Shown piece after piece: positions 56,747 to 64,000 of a stretch of 64,000 nucleotides of DNA. Both the position numbers and the translations under genes were made by a program. Source of the stretch: Candidatus Saccharimonadota bacterium (GTDB taxonomy: Bacteria > Patescibacteriota > Saccharimonadia > Saccharimonadales > JACDBH01). A model generated the notes under the pieces. The model was not told the origin of the DNA. It did not search any database and worked only from the letters and a program-made list of their open reading frames with translations. The stretch is taken from assembly GCA_028289135.1 (NCBI GenBank), contig JAQGGW010000008.1, positions 34,385 to 98,384 on the forward strand, given 5' to 3'. The first letter of the stretch is position 1, and each line of letters opens with the position of its first letter.

Positions 56747-58333
56747 TTAACGCTCCAAAGCACGCTTCATCTTGGCGGCTTTTTCTAGTAAGTTAATCAT
56801 CCATCCATCCGCGACCTTAGTGCCCTTAACGGATGCTACGTATGCTTCGATTTCCGCTGGAGTTTTAGCAAAATAATCATTAAAGTCTTTTAGTACTCCA
56901 GGTTCCGGCGAAGTACCATAGAACTTTTGTTTGGCCTTTTCAAAATCTTCTTTAAGTCGATCTGCCTCGGTATTGATCTTTATTCGGGTCTCTACGCGCT
57001 CCGCACCGCGTTCAACATTTTGCTGGATGCGCACTACAGCTGCAGAAGCAAGCAGCGCCGTCTTAAGTTCATGAGAAATGTTTGCAGTGTTTGCAAGTCT
57101 TTCAAGAGCAATTGCATCACCCATTTCAAAAGGTTTCCCCGCTTCAGTAAATATTCTTTTGTCATGCCTGCTTGGCTTGCCGTTAACGTAGCTGGTAATA
57201 GCCGTTTTAAGGTCGGCGTTCAACGTCTCTAGTTCGATATGGCGTTTTAGCTGGCCAACGGCATTGACGGCAAGCTCCATTTTTTGTGTAACTAACGGAC
57301 GGCCTGTTGCTGCAGCGTGGCGGTCCGCAATGTTAACATCAGGAAGAGTCACCAAGTTATCAAAAATAATGAGGTCTGCTGGAGTTGCATCTGCCTGAAA
57401 ACTATCAAGTGCCTCATTTGCTGTTTTTTGGGCTGCTTCCAACGGCGTTGGCTTGGGGTGTGCCGGATCATGGTCATGCCCGTGCTCGTCGTGCCCATGC
57501 CCATGCCCGCCTTGGTTCCATGTCCATGGCTTGTAAGCTACTTTGTGATGGCCGTGGTTTTGCACAATGGCATGGTACTTAGTACCCTTTTCCATTGCTT
57601 TTTCAAATCTCGCGAGTGCGCTTCGAACAAGTTTTGCATCTTGCGAGTTAGGGCCAGTTGCTAAATACATCCGCAATTTTTCGGGGTGGGTCAGCTGGTT
57701 AAACGAACGAAGTTCGGGGTTTGTAGGATCTGCAGCGACTAGACGGCCAGTGCTGTCATACATTGGCCGTGTTTCGTCCTTTATGCCTAATCCCTCTGGG
57801 TTCACATAGCTCCTTGTAATTAGCCAAAGTATCCGGGCCTCCGACAAGCTGGCATCTCGTACATTAGCCGCATGATCCATATGCTCGGCAGTTTTACGGG
57901 AAGCGTCGGTTGGGTCAGCATGAAAACGTACTACGTTCGGCCTAGTGAACACTGGTCGTCTTACCCTATAGTCGATTATATTTCCTGATTGGCCGTATAT
58001 TGGTTCGGTCGACACTTCGTAAGTTATATTACCCCTTTCATCAGTGCCTGAAGGCCTCATCAATACAGGCTGGCCTTTGGGATCCTTTGCAACAATCTCA
58101 TTAGGACCGTGCGGAGAGTCGCTTGGAACCCTAGCTCCAGACTGTGGAACTCCCTCGGTGTATATCTTTAAGAGGTTCTCTCCAGCCAGCTTGGATCTAT
58201 CACCCTCGGTTGCTGTTGGGTCTTTTTTTATCTCTAACCCATCATAATGAGTGAACCCATCTTGTAGAATGATGTTTGGTAGGAGATTGCCGTCTGCGTC
58301 ACTGATTGAACTGTTTATGTTTTTTTCTGCCAT
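56747..58333 (-). CDS. hypothetical soluble protein with His-rich metal-binding-like tract
   Basis: 528 aa with no TM helix or signal peptide. It contains NHGHHKVAYKPWTWNQGGHGHGHDEHGHDHDPAHP. No family recognised. Confidence 0.5.
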   Translation of the reverse strand: MAEKNINSSISDADGNLLPNIILQDGFTHYDGLEIKKDPTATEGDRSKLAGENLLKIYTEGVPQSGARVPSDSPHGPNEIVAKDPKGQPVLMRPSGTDERGNITYEVSTEPIYGQSGNIIDYRVRRPVFTRPNVVRFHADPTDASRKTAEHMDHAANVRDASLSEARILWLITRSYVNPEGLGIKDETRPMYDSTGRLVAADPTNPELRSFNQLTHPEKLRMYLATGPNSQDAKLVRSALARFEKAMEKGTKYHAIVQNHGHHKVAYKPWTWNQGGHGHGHDEHGHDHDPAHPKPTPLEAAQKTANEALDSFQADATPADLIIFDNLVTLPDVNIADRHAAATGRPLVTQKMELAVNAVGQLKRHIELETLNADLKTAITSYVNGKPSRHDKRIFTEAGKPFEMGDAIALERLANTANISHELKTALLASAAVVRIQQNVERGAERVETRIKINTEADRLKEDFEKAKQKFYGTSPEPGVLKDFNDYFAKTPAEIEAYVASVKGTKVADGWMINLLEKAAKMKRALER

Positions 58334-58385
58334 AACTGAATTGTAGCATATTATTGCTTAAAAAGCAACCCCCTACGTACGCCCG

Positions 58386-61300
58386 TTAAAGAGCTGGGGT
58401 AACAGGTGGCAGATCTCCTGGAGCAGCAGGGCGGCCACCCTGCTCGTAGTCCGTTCCATACTGACGGGAGACTTCCCTGACTTCCTTACTGTTGCGGGCA
58501 AGTTCTGCCATTCGTGCTTTAGTTATTGTAGAGTCCTTAAGCACTCGTCGGCCAGTAGGACGAGTATGAGGTGAACCATCAGGAGTAGGCCCTGGGATGA
58601 CCTCGGTCTCTTCTGTCCATATGCTTGGCCCCAACATTTCTAGCTGAGCAGGGCTTAGTTTAGTAAGGTCTTGTACTTCCCTACCAAACCCTTTAGCCAG
58701 CATTTCTCTTTTCTGGCTGGTTGTTGCGCCTTCAACTCCTTCGTAATATTTAACAAGTGAATCTGCCAAGCTTCGTGAATCGCCGGTTGTAACAGCATCT
58801 TCTACGTCTTTATTGACAAAGTTAACAAACTTTTGGGTGGCTGGGTCTTTGACGTTAGGGCCCATCCACTGCGAACCGTGCGACTGGGCAAAGGATCGCC
58901 TAGCTACGGCCTCGGCTAAGATGCTTGGATCTTCTCTGACGTCTAGCCGGGGAGCATCAGCTGCTAACCTGTTACCCGCAATATCCGAAGCGAACATTTC
59001 TCCAGTTGTTTCGTCATAGCCCATCAAAGTACCGGTTCGCTCGGACTCCGCAATTGCCTCTGCGGAACCATGGCTTAACAGGCCTTCGTCCGGCCGGCCG
59101 GCGTTAGTGGAAACAGAACGGATACGACCGTTCAAATATGCCCTTAGTCCAGCATCCCCATGACCTACTTCGGCTGTAAGGTGTCTTGCTGCTGCCATAG
59201 AGCTGAGCCTGGTCTGCTCTTTGCCATCTTTATCTATATACTTGTAACCATACATAGTTCCGCCGGCGGCAGCTTTGTCAAATGCAGCCAGCTTCATCCC
59301 GGCCATACCGTATTCCTTGACCAGGTTATCGTAATCAATTCCGTTATTTTTTAAGGATTCGCCATTCCGTCCTGTGTCCCCAAGCATTTTTAAGAACTCT
59401 TCACGGTTGGTCGCAATTGACGCTGCGTACATAAAGTTATCATCCCCAAGCACCCTTTGTCCTATCTCGCTTTTATCCTGTAGCATTCTTTGGGATTGTG
59501 AAAGGGCATGACCCATATGGTTAACCCCAAGTTCATTTTTCCATTTTCGTGGATCAGCACCAAGCTTATTAATATTAGATGCCTTGCCTAATGCGCTGTT
59601 AACCCTATTCTTAAAAGCGCTGCTTCCAGGCCTCTTGAAGAACTGGTCGTTTTGCAGGCGATGGAATTTGGCTTGCCGGCCCTTCTTCTGACGGTCGAAC
59701 AAGCCCTTGCTCTTGTCGTTGGCCATGCCGGAGATGGTTGCAAAGGCTCCGCCAGCGAACTTGAAGGCAGCCGGGATGAATACAAGCGGCAATATATATG
59801 CAGCAATCTTAAACAAGAAGCTTGCTATGCCCCCAGCGTTGGTGGTGTCGATAATATAGGCAAAGACGTGTCCTACGGATATAAGAATCATCATAAGCGG
59901 ATATACAAGCAGTAGCCTGCTAAAGCTGTCCCACCAAGCTTTCCAAAGCTTATTATTCATAGGGAATATCCACGGTAATATGGCTAATGGCGACACGAGC
60001 AGCAACGCTACTAGAAAAATTTGCCGCAGCACAATGACACCGTATGTTACCGCTAGGAATAGTAATATGGTGCCCAGGAAGAACCACACGATTAGTATCA
60101 GTGCCGCAATAGCAGGCAGTAATAAGATAACATTGTTAACAAAGGACTCGACTCCGCCGTCGAATACGCAGGATAAAGTAATCTCGGTTGGACAACGGCC
60201 TGTGGAGCTTACGAACGGCTGTTCTATAATGCCCTTCACTCCTCCTCCGACGACGTTTGTTAAGTTAATGACAAACAAGCATAAATACCATGACAGCGCG
60301 ATAAAGATGACGCCAACTACCATGCGTGGCAAAGCCTTTTTAACGGTATATGCATCAAATGGCCCAACGTTGATTGCGGTGCCAATAACCATTACGAGCA
60401 TGATGGGTATCAAAATTAAATAAGCCAGGTCACGCATGCGAACCCAGGTTACTTTTAGCTGGCGCGTGCTTTCCGAGGTGCCACTTGTGCAACCCGTTGT
60501 ATTATCCTTACAATTACTTGCATTGCCGCTCACTATGTCTGAAGCCAGCTGGTTTTGGATCAAGTCGTCAACCGCTTTCAAGCCTTTAGAGATTGAGTCG
60601 ATAACCGGACAAGCTATCCAACCTATAAAGCCGTTAAGTGATTCGCATGAACTTGCCCCGCCGCCTATATCGCCATTCCCTGGTAGCTGATTGGCTGGAT
60701 TATTTGGATCCACATTGCCCCCAGGGTTAGTCGCCGTATCATCATCAAAGGCAAGGATAATAGTACTAGTTCCGTTATCCCTCACCTCTTCAACATATGT
60801 ACAAGAACCTTTTGGTGACGCGTTGTATTTATACAAGATATTCGGAATGGCGGAGGATTCGTATGCGTAAACCACATCATTATTACAGGCATCAGATTTA
60901 TTGCCGAAGACAACAGCCGCGCTCCCTTCCAATACGTCTCCGCCTGTTTTTTGGAGCGTAGTACCCGTAATTTTAGCGAGTTTCCCAATGCCAAAGTGTG
61001 AACCTTTAACCTCGTTAATGCCGCCATCGGCAGTGTAGTAAAAGCTAAAAGCAGCCCGGTGATAACTCGTATCGTTGCCCGCGCTATTTATATACTCTTC
61101 ATTTAGTACATCTTCGTAATTCAGCCCCCAAAGCGGAATACCCGGAATGGCTGGTAGTGCCGCCAAACTTGATAATGCCCCTGAGGATTTCGTATCATCA
61201 GTAAGCCCAGATATGAGCGTAATACACGTACTGCTTGCGCTCGGAAGCGATAAAGCGCTGGTTGGAATCTTAATTTCAAATTTCCTGTCCCTATTCTCGA

Positions 61301-62303
61301 TAATTTTATAGATACTACTTTCTGTGGAGCTATTAATAGCACCCTCTATACTTAGCGAAGAACTACACGATCCTGTCGTATCGGTAAATTGGTTGTCGGT
61401 ATCATCGGTGTAATTATCAAAAAGATGGCGCGTAATATCAAAAGGCACGGTCGAGCCGTTAACGGTAAGGGTGCCTGTTATCTTTAAGTCAATTTGGCTT
61501 CTTGAGTAGAACTTAAAGGTAAAAGCACTGAGGCTCGTAACATTGTCGGCGGCCGGAGGCGTAGGGCTCGGAGCCCCAGGGCTTCCACCGCTGCTGATTA
61601 CGGTGAGCTTTAAGATATCGCGTAATGCTTTGACCTTGTCCCCACCCGATATAGTCTGTGGCTTGGGTGTGATATTACCGTCGCCGGTGGCTGTCGTACC
61701 GCTGTTGTGTCCTGGTTTGGCAATTACCATGTCGGCAATTGCGCCAGCCGCATTAACGGTTACCGATCCGTGATCAGCCCTGCTGCCACGGTCATCGCTT
61801 ATAAACCTCCAATCTGAAGTTCCTTGCCCATTCCTGATATAGTCACCCGGCGGGAACGCCTGTCCGCTCCTGCTGCCGCACCCACCGCCACCTACATTTA
61901 TTTGAACAAGGTTTGTAATGCCTTGCGCTATCAAAACCTTTTTTATATCAGAAACTTTGAGATAATCAGCGCTTGACGCGTCAGCGTGGGCAATATAGAT
62001 ACTCCCGTAAAGGGTATTTGAGGTTGCCACTCTAGTCGCTCCTCCGTTACGAGACCCTCCATTATTAAGGATAGTTGCTAGATCAATTGCGGCGTCAGAG
62101 AGGCCGCTGACAGCTGGGTTGACTATCAATAAGTCGCAGCTGCCTGCAATTATCTTGCCGTTGCTGTCTAGGGTAAGCGGTGTTGCAAAGACTTTTTGGT
62201 AAGAGATAAGCATAACAAAAGATAAGGCTGCGATAGTCCAGAGAATAGAACTTCCCTTCCGCAAGCTTCTTGTTCGTGTCTTAATGCTATTGCGTAATTT
62301 CAT
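58386..62303 (-). CDS. 1305-aa polytopic membrane protein: large extracytoplasmic N-domain + VirB6/TrbL-like multi-TM core + ~430-aa cytoplasmic C-domain
   Basis: N-terminal anchor SILWTIAALSFVMLISY, then ~600 aa Gly/Ser/Thr-rich with scattered Cys. About 7-8 TM helices follow (LAYLILIPIMLVMVIG ... IAAYILPLVFIPAAFKFAGG), in the position and topology expected for VirB6-like channel proteins. The C-terminal domain is unassigned. Confidence 0.6.
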   Translation of the reverse strand: MKLRNSIKTRTRSLRKGSSILWTIAALSFVMLISYQKVFATPLTLDSNGKIIAGSCDLLIVNPAVSGLSDAAIDLATILNNGGSRNGGATRVATSNTLYGSIYIAHADASSADYLKVSDIKKVLIAQGITNLVQINVGGGGCGSRSGQAFPPGDYIRNGQGTSDWRFISDDRGSRADHGSVTVNAAGAIADMVIAKPGHNSGTTATGDGNITPKPQTISGGDKVKALRDILKLTVISSGGSPGAPSPTPPAADNVTSLSAFTFKFYSRSQIDLKITGTLTVNGSTVPFDITRHLFDNYTDDTDNQFTDTTGSCSSSLSIEGAINSSTESSIYKIIENRDRKFEIKIPTSALSLPSASSTCITLISGLTDDTKSSGALSSLAALPAIPGIPLWGLNYEDVLNEEYINSAGNDTSYHRAAFSFYYTADGGINEVKGSHFGIGKLAKITGTTLQKTGGDVLEGSAAVVFGNKSDACNNDVVYAYESSAIPNILYKYNASPKGSCTYVEEVRDNGTSTIILAFDDDTATNPGGNVDPNNPANQLPGNGDIGGGASSCESLNGFIGWIACPVIDSISKGLKAVDDLIQNQLASDIVSGNASNCKDNTTGCTSGTSESTRQLKVTWVRMRDLAYLILIPIMLVMVIGTAINVGPFDAYTVKKALPRMVVGVIFIALSWYLCLFVINLTNVVGGGVKGIIEQPFVSSTGRCPTEITLSCVFDGGVESFVNNVILLLPAIAALILIVWFFLGTILLFLAVTYGVIVLRQIFLVALLLVSPLAILPWIFPMNNKLWKAWWDSFSRLLLVYPLMMILISVGHVFAYIIDTTNAGGIASFLFKIAAYILPLVFIPAAFKFAGGAFATISGMANDKSKGLFDRQKKGRQAKFHRLQNDQFFKRPGSSAFKNRVNSALGKASNINKLGADPRKWKNELGVNHMGHALSQSQRMLQDKSEIGQRVLGDDNFMYAASIATNREEFLKMLGDTGRNGESLKNNGIDYDNLVKEYGMAGMKLAAFDKAAAGGTMYGYKYIDKDGKEQTRLSSMAAARHLTAEVGHGDAGLRAYLNGRIRSVSTNAGRPDEGLLSHGSAEAIAESERTGTLMGYDETTGEMFASDIAGNRLAADAPRLDVREDPSILAEAVARRSFAQSHGSQWMGPNVKDPATQKFVNFVNKDVEDAVTTGDSRSLADSLVKYYEGVEGATTSQKREMLAKGFGREVQDLTKLSPAQLEMLGPSIWTEETEVIPGPTPDGSPHTRPTGRRVLKDSTITKARMAELARNSKEVREVSRQYGTDYEQGGRPAAPGDLPPVTPAL

Positions 62304-62733
62304 AGTAGCTCACTAGTGATTTCTTATTACTCTCTATTACGTAGACGGTCATTACATAGCTTGGATTTACGGCCTTATCCTCTAGGTGGATTATTTGAAC
62401 CCCAAATTTAGTTTCTTGTGATTTGTAGATAAACTTACCCGTTCCTATTAAGGCGTGAAGCCGTGCCGATTCATTTTTAAACGTACTGAGTGGGGTATTT
62501 TTCTGAAAAGAAGTGGTAGTTAGCGCATAGGCCGCATCGGGCTTCTGGTCTTTTATAAAGCTGCCAGTAAACTTTTTGGCTACTTGTTGCTGGGGCGTCC
62601 CGCTACTTTTTACGCTAAAGGCTAGCAGCAAAATGAATAATAAAGCTACAAACGCTCCTATTATAAGCAAAGCTTTGCGAGACAAGCCTCTTCTGGGCGT
62701 TCGAACACCACCATACTGTGCTTCAGGGTTCAT
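62287..62733 (-). CDS. small N-terminally anchored protein (first gene of the cluster; VirB8-like candidate by topology only)
   Basis: 148 aa with the anchor ALLIIGAFVALLFILLLAF plus a ~100-aa helix-then-sheet domain. A 17-nt overlap with the next gene. Confidence 0.5.
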   Translation of the reverse strand: MNPEAQYGGVRTPRRGLSRKALLIIGAFVALLFILLLAFSVKSSGTPQQQVAKKFTGSFIKDQKPDAAYALTTTSFQKNTPLSTFKNESARLHALIGTGKFIYKSQETKFGVQIIHLEDKAVNPSYVMTVYVIESNKKSLVSYYEITQ

Positions 62734-62740
62734 TCCCTAT

Positions 62741-62769
62741 ATTTTAGCAGTCAGATGCACTATAGCCAA
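62741..62769 (-). promoter_or_regulatory. candidate sigma70-type promoter giving a leaderless mRNA for the T4SS-like operon
   Basis: The minus strand reads TTGGCT-17 nt-TAAAAT, then 7 nt (ATAGGGA), then the ATG at 62733. There is no SD. Confidence 0.35.
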
Positions 62770-62799
62770 AATAAAGCTTATGCTACCTTGCATCTAACT

Positions 62800-62829
62800 T
62801 TGACACTTTTTCTATTCATGAAGTAAAAT
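62800..62829 (+). promoter_or_regulatory. candidate promoter for the pilin-like genes (near-leaderless)
   Basis: TTGACA (62800-62805), an 18-nt spacer, TAAAAT (62824-62829), then 9 nt to the ATG at 62839. There is no SD. Confidence 0.4.
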
Positions 62830-62838
62830 GCTTACAGT

Positions 62839-63525
62839 ATGTTATATAAACAGATACAAAAAATAACCAAAATCAAAATAATTATAGGAATGGCCGTAGT
62901 TTTATGGTTACTTATTACACCTTCTTTTGCTTATGCGGCTGCTACTTGTCCTGATGGATCAGCTGCGGCTCCTGGAACCGCTTGTTCGGATGGCACATAT
63001 CCTGTAGGCGATCCAACCCTACCGATACGTTGTCCTGGTGGCCCGGCCGGTCCCGAGCCTGCCGCGTATAAAACTAACTGCCCTACTCGTCCAGGACGAT
63101 CGGCTTGCACCTACACGGAAGCAACCATGAAATGTATTAGTAGTTCTGGGACTGATGTTAGTCATGGTGATGCTTATGCCGCCAACGGTGGACCAGTCGT
63201 TTCTAGTGATACCGACCCCGCATCCAACGTTTCAATCTCTGAGCCAAACGCTAAGACCAACGACTGTACTGGCGCGGCCATTAACCGGGATAATTGCGGT
63301 ATTGTAAAGTATTTAGCGTTTTTTATTAATATACTTTCTGCGGTTGTTGGGATTGTGGTAACGGGCGTAATCATTTGGGGTGGTATTGAATACTCCACAT
63401 CTGGCGGCGACCCCGCTAAGGTGCAGGCCGCTAAAAAGAAAATTTATAATGGAGTATTCTCGCTCATAGCCTTTATCTTCACCTATGCATTCTTGCAGTA
63501 CATTATACCTGGAGGCGTTCTGTGA
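62839..63525 (+). CDS. T4SS pilin-like (TrbC/VirB2-type) protein with a long Cys-rich N-terminal extension
   Basis: Signal peptide ...ITPSFAYA. A ~125-aa Pro/Gly/Cys-rich segment (8 Cys) follows. The two-helix pilin core is YLAFFINILSAVVGIVVTGVIIWGGIEYSTSGGDPAKVQAAKKKIYNGVFSLIAFIF. Confidence 0.6.
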   Translation: MLYKQIQKITKIKIIIGMAVVLWLLITPSFAYAAATCPDGSAAAPGTACSDGTYPVGDPTLPIRCPGGPAGPEPAAYKTNCPTRPGRSACTYTEATMKCISSSGTDVSHGDAYAANGGPVVSSDTDPASNVSISEPNAKTNDCTGAAINRDNCGIVKYLAFFINILSAVVGIVVTGVIIWGGIEYSTSGGDPAKVQAAKKKIYNGVFSLIAFIFTYAFLQYIIPGGVL

Positions 63526-64000
63526 TTCTTATTAAAAAGTTTGCGGCAACGGGGGTCATATCTTTTTTCATGCTTCTAGTCGGAGCGTCGTCACTACCTA
63601 TGCATGCTAGTGCCGCTGTTGATCCGTTATGCGACAAATCCAGTTTCCTTTTAGGGCTGCCTACCTGGTATGAATATCTTGAGGTCGGCAAAGAGTTTGC
63701 GCCAGACGGGATAACAGTTGTCGATAAGTGTGCGGTTATAGGTCCAGCAAAGGAAGGATCGACGGATCTAGACTTAGCAAAAGTGATCCCACTCGTAGGG
63801 CTGGCGGTTCTCGAGATAATGCTTCGGATAGGCGGGCTCGCAGGCTTCTTCTTCGTAATTTACGGTGGTTTTAGATACATTACCTCTCAGGGCGAGCCAG
63901 ATAAAACCAAGCAAAGCCGCCAAACCATAACTAACGCACTTATTGGCATGGTCATTAGTATTATCGCCGCCGCCGCCGTATCATTTATTGCAAATACCCT
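63522..64000 (+). CDS. T4SS pilin-like protein (3'-truncated by the window end)
   Basis: Not in the ORF track. GTG at 63522 is preceded by GGAGG (63511-63515). Signal peptide MILIKKFAATGVISFFMLLVGASSLPMHASA, two Cys, then the core IPLVGLAVLEIMLRIGGLAGFFFVIYGGFRYITSQGEPDKTKQSRQTITNALIGMVISII, parallel to the previous gene. Confidence 0.65.
   Translation, partial: MILIKKFAATGVISFFMLLVGASSLPMHASAAVDPLCDKSSFLLGLPTWYEYLEVGKEFAPDGITVVDKCAVIGPAKEGSTDLDLAKVIPLVGLAVLEIMLRIGGLAGFFFVIYGGFRYITSQGEPDKTKQSRQTITNALIGMVISIIAAAAVSFIANT

Noticed and set aside
56747-58333. The His-rich tract (GHGHGHDEHGHDHD) considered as a relaxase HUH/3-His motif, which would make the locus conjugative.
   Set aside because: The tract is low-complexity GH/HD repeats in the middle of the protein. 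It is not the spaced HxDxxxxHxH context with upstream catalytic Tyr motifs expected of MOB relaxases.
1-64000. Scan for CRISPR arrays, IS elements, transposases, integrases, prophage genes and rRNA genes.
   Set aside because: I saw no regularly spaced direct repeats, terminal inverted repeats, DDE/tyrosine/serine recombinase motifs, or rRNA-like sequence. The only nucleotide-level repeats found are the tRNA-end 19-mer, the paired RNA-like elements and the 11-mer GTTATCCCCAG.

Overview
This 64-kb window looks like part of a small monoderm-type chromosome. By inference it is Patescibacteria/CPR, Saccharibacteria-like; the genetic code is standard and TGA is used as a stop. The window spans the replication-origin neighbourhood: rpmH-rnpA-yidC-jag on the minus strand, DnaA-box clusters, then dnaA-dnaN-recF on the plus strand. 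Three accessory blocks surround this core. (1) At 1-5.6 kb there is a small AT-rich patch. It holds a cyclase-family gene, hypothetical membrane proteins, a DUF3800 gene, tRNA-Asn(GTT), a 19-nt duplicate of the tRNA 3' end, and two paralogous ~165-nt structured RNA-like elements, each ending in a bidirectional terminator. (2) At 5.1-37.1 kb there is a very large cell-surface glycan locus. It encodes GtrA, two Wzy_C/O-antigen-ligase-like proteins, a WbaP-type initiating phosphotransferase and GalE. It also encodes a GDP-fucose pathway (manC, fcl, and gmd fused to a Dabb domain) and Wzm/Wzt ABC export with a Wzt C-terminal carbohydrate-binding-like domain. Two methyltransferases and about 14 glycosyltransferases complete it (GT2, GT4, GT11, STELLO-like), many joined by 4-nt ATGA-type overlaps. 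(3) At 43.6-64 kb there is a minimal monoderm type IV secretion-like locus. It encodes a VirB4 ATPase, a PrgI/VirB3-like protein, a giant VirB6/TrbL-like fusion and two pilin-like genes. It also encodes a CwlT-like three-domain peptidoglycan hydrolase and a 1279-aa membrane protein ending in an M14 carboxypeptidase. At least six further proteins have no recognisable family, and no relaxase, coupling protein or integrase lies in the window. This T4SS-like locus and the paired RNA elements are the most interesting candidates for undescribed biology. All family assignments come from motifs read by eye in the translated ORFs; no database search was run.
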